From Salinispira sp. (GTDB lineage Bacteria > Spirochaetota > Spirochaetia > DSM-27196 > Salinispiraceae): 64,000 bases of DNA. Positions 62,346-64,000 of the stretch are shown one piece after another. Below the pieces are notes generated by a model. The model saw only the letters and a list, made by a program, of their open reading frames with translations, did not search any database and had not been told where the DNA came from. Where the stretch lies: contig CBDDDG010000021.1 in the NCBI GenBank assembly GCA_965226555.1, forward strand, positions 375,707 to 439,706, in the 5' to 3' direction. A program made the position numbers and the translations under genes. The stretch's first letter is position 1. Every line of letters starts with the position of its first letter.

Positions 62346-63812
62346 CTAATACCATGAGGGGATCAGATTAGCTGTTACGCCGGAACTCACAAACATCCCT
62401 GTTTTGTCTCCGGTATATGTGCCAGCGGCATTGAGCGGTAAATGCTCCTTCCAATTCTCAAGATCGCCATTAAATGCGCGTACACCATAGAACATCCAAG
62501 ACATATCCCTTACCGAGCTGACATTCCAAGCGGAAATATCGCCATTGAATACGCGTGCGCTATCGAACATCCCTGACATATTCCTTACCGAGCTGACATC
62601 CCAGCGAGAGATATCGCCATTGAAGGCGGATGTATAACGGAACATAACTTCCATATCCGTTACCGAGCTGACATTCCAGCGAGAGATATCGCCATTGAAT
62701 GCGTCTGCAGAATTGAACATTTCGGACATATTCGTTACCGAGCTGACATTCCAGCCGGAGATATCGCCATTGAATGCGTCTGCGCTCCGGAACATCCCTG
62801 ACATATTCGTTACCGAGCTGACATTCCAGCCGGAGATATCGCCATTGAATACGGTTGCATAAGAGAACATATTTCTCATAGTCCTTACCGAGCTGACATT
62901 CCAGCGAGAGATATCGCCATTGAACATGTTTGGATTTGACGGAGTCCCCTCAAAAATTCCAGACATATCCGTTACATTTGTGGTAATAATGTAGTTGAGA
63001 TCGGCAGTTTGTCCCCAGGTTGATATTCCCGTATTTACCACTGTTTTCAGGCTGGCAGTAGTTTTCAGGCGGGCATTAGTTGTTGGACTCTCGGTAACAT
63101 AAAAATGTTCGGCAAACAGTACCGTTCCCCCGCTGTCTTCGCCGGATACGATGTATGTTCCTGCCGTTGTACTCGCGCTAACGGTAATAACTCCGGTACT
63201 CGCATTCATTGTCGGCACAGTAACTCCTGCGGGCGCAGGAATGACCGCGGTGGTCAGGGAAACGGTGATATCCCCATTGGCAATAAGGGCATCAATAGCA
63301 GCCGAAGGGCTTATGGAGGCTGCTGTTCCCGCGGGAACCTGTGTTGCAAAACCCGACACGAGCACTATTGCTGTTGAGGGAGCCGACCACTCACTCTGAC
63401 CCTCCGCATTTACGGCACGCACCAGTACGGTGTAGGTTTTGCCGTTTGTTAGTCCGGTAATGGTGTAGCTTGTGCTGGTAATTCCCTCAACAAGAAAGTG
63501 CGCATTCGTGGAATTGTCAGTGTACCGCAATGTATACCCGGTAATGGCACTGCCGCCGTTGTCGGTCGGCGCAGTCCATGAAACAGTAAGCTGACCGTCT
63601 CCCGCGGCGAATGTTGGAGTTCCCGGCGCTGTCGGCACAGCGGGAACTGCGGGGGGATCTCCGGCGGTGAGCATGGGAGCTGTCGGCTCGCTGGGCCTAA
63701 TGTCGGGGATTTCGACAAGGGCTGAGGGGCAGGCCGCAAGTATAAGCATAAAAACAAAAAGAACAGTAATAATGCAAAAGTTTCTCACGGTTGTTTTTTT
63801 TCGAAGATTCAT
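62346..63812 (-). CDS. FN3 + DUF285/BspA-like repeat surface lipoprotein
   Basis: ILAAC lipobox, one FN3, 7 FNGDISxWNVSSV repeats, terminal PSWY. Confidence 0.9.
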   Translation of the reverse strand: MNLRKKTTVRNFCIITVLFVFMLILAACPSALVEIPDIRPSEPTAPMLTAGDPPAVPAVPTAPGTPTFAAGDGQLTVSWTAPTDNGGSAITGYTLRYTDNSTNAHFLVEGITSTSYTITGLTNGKTYTVLVRAVNAEGQSEWSAPSTAIVLVSGFATQVPAGTAASISPSAAIDALIANGDITVSLTTAVIPAPAGVTVPTMNASTGVITVSASTTAGTYIVSGEDSGGTVLFAEHFYVTESPTTNARLKTTASLKTVVNTGISTWGQTADLNYIITTNVTDMSGIFEGTPSNPNMFNGDISRWNVSSVRTMRNMFSYATVFNGDISGWNVSSVTNMSGMFRSADAFNGDISGWNVSSVTNMSEMFNSADAFNGDISRWNVSSVTDMEVMFRYTSAFNGDISRWDVSSVRNMSGMFDSARVFNGDISAWNVSSVRDMSWMFYGVRAFNGDLENWKEHLPLNAAGTYTGDKTGMFVSSGVTANLIPSWY

Positions 63813-63926
63813 TGGTAATACTCCTTAATTTGGTAATGGCTCAATGAGAAATCGCTGCATGGCAACGGTTTCATAAGCATATGAACAGTATATTGGCGAT
63901 CAAAAAACTTGTCAATCATAAAATTC

Positions 63927-64000
63927 ATGCTCCGCGCGAGGTCCTTGTTGAAATATGAATGGTGTATGACAAAATGAGAAATTTTTGTAAAAAGTTCGCA
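63927..64000 (-). pseudogene. internally deleted rpn-B stub/leader remnant (runs off the window)
   Basis: ATGCTCCGCGCGAGG..TTGTTGAA fused to ATATGAATGGTGTATGACAAAATGAGAAA; compare 12744-12910. Confidence 0.7.

Overview
A 64 kb chromosomal window, most likely from a spirochete. This is inferred from the gene orders truB-rpsO-pnp-dut-lptFG-tgt-murJ and murG-cvpA-holB-like-kinase-sigma54 regulator, and from the ~910-aa GreA. The housekeeping backbone also carries a speA/carboxyspermidine polyamine operon, folD-folE2-argF-lplA-PDH, three carotenoid genes, trpS and tRNA-Asn. Four accessory islands (about 10.7-18.7, 32-39, 52-55.3 and 61-64 kb) interrupt it and share the same parts. (1) FN3/DUF285(BspA-like) surface lipoprotein genes; one is frameshifted at a G10 tract and one has a premature stop. 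(2) Rpn/YhgA-like PD-(D/E)xK nuclease genes: six copies of two subfamilies, each with an internal RBS+ATG that defines a small C-terminal ORF like RpnS antitoxins. (3) A modular AT-rich palindromic element built from hairpins AAAGTTTTGC..GCAAAACTTT and AAAATTGTGC..GCACAATTTT. It occurs between genes across the window and interrupts four of the six rpn genes, always in sense orientation, with no clear target duplication, and always sparing the small ORF; removing it in silico restores full-length genes in three of them. This lipoprotein-Rpn-palindrome module is the best candidate for an undescribed system. All calls come from reading motifs by eye; no database searches were run.
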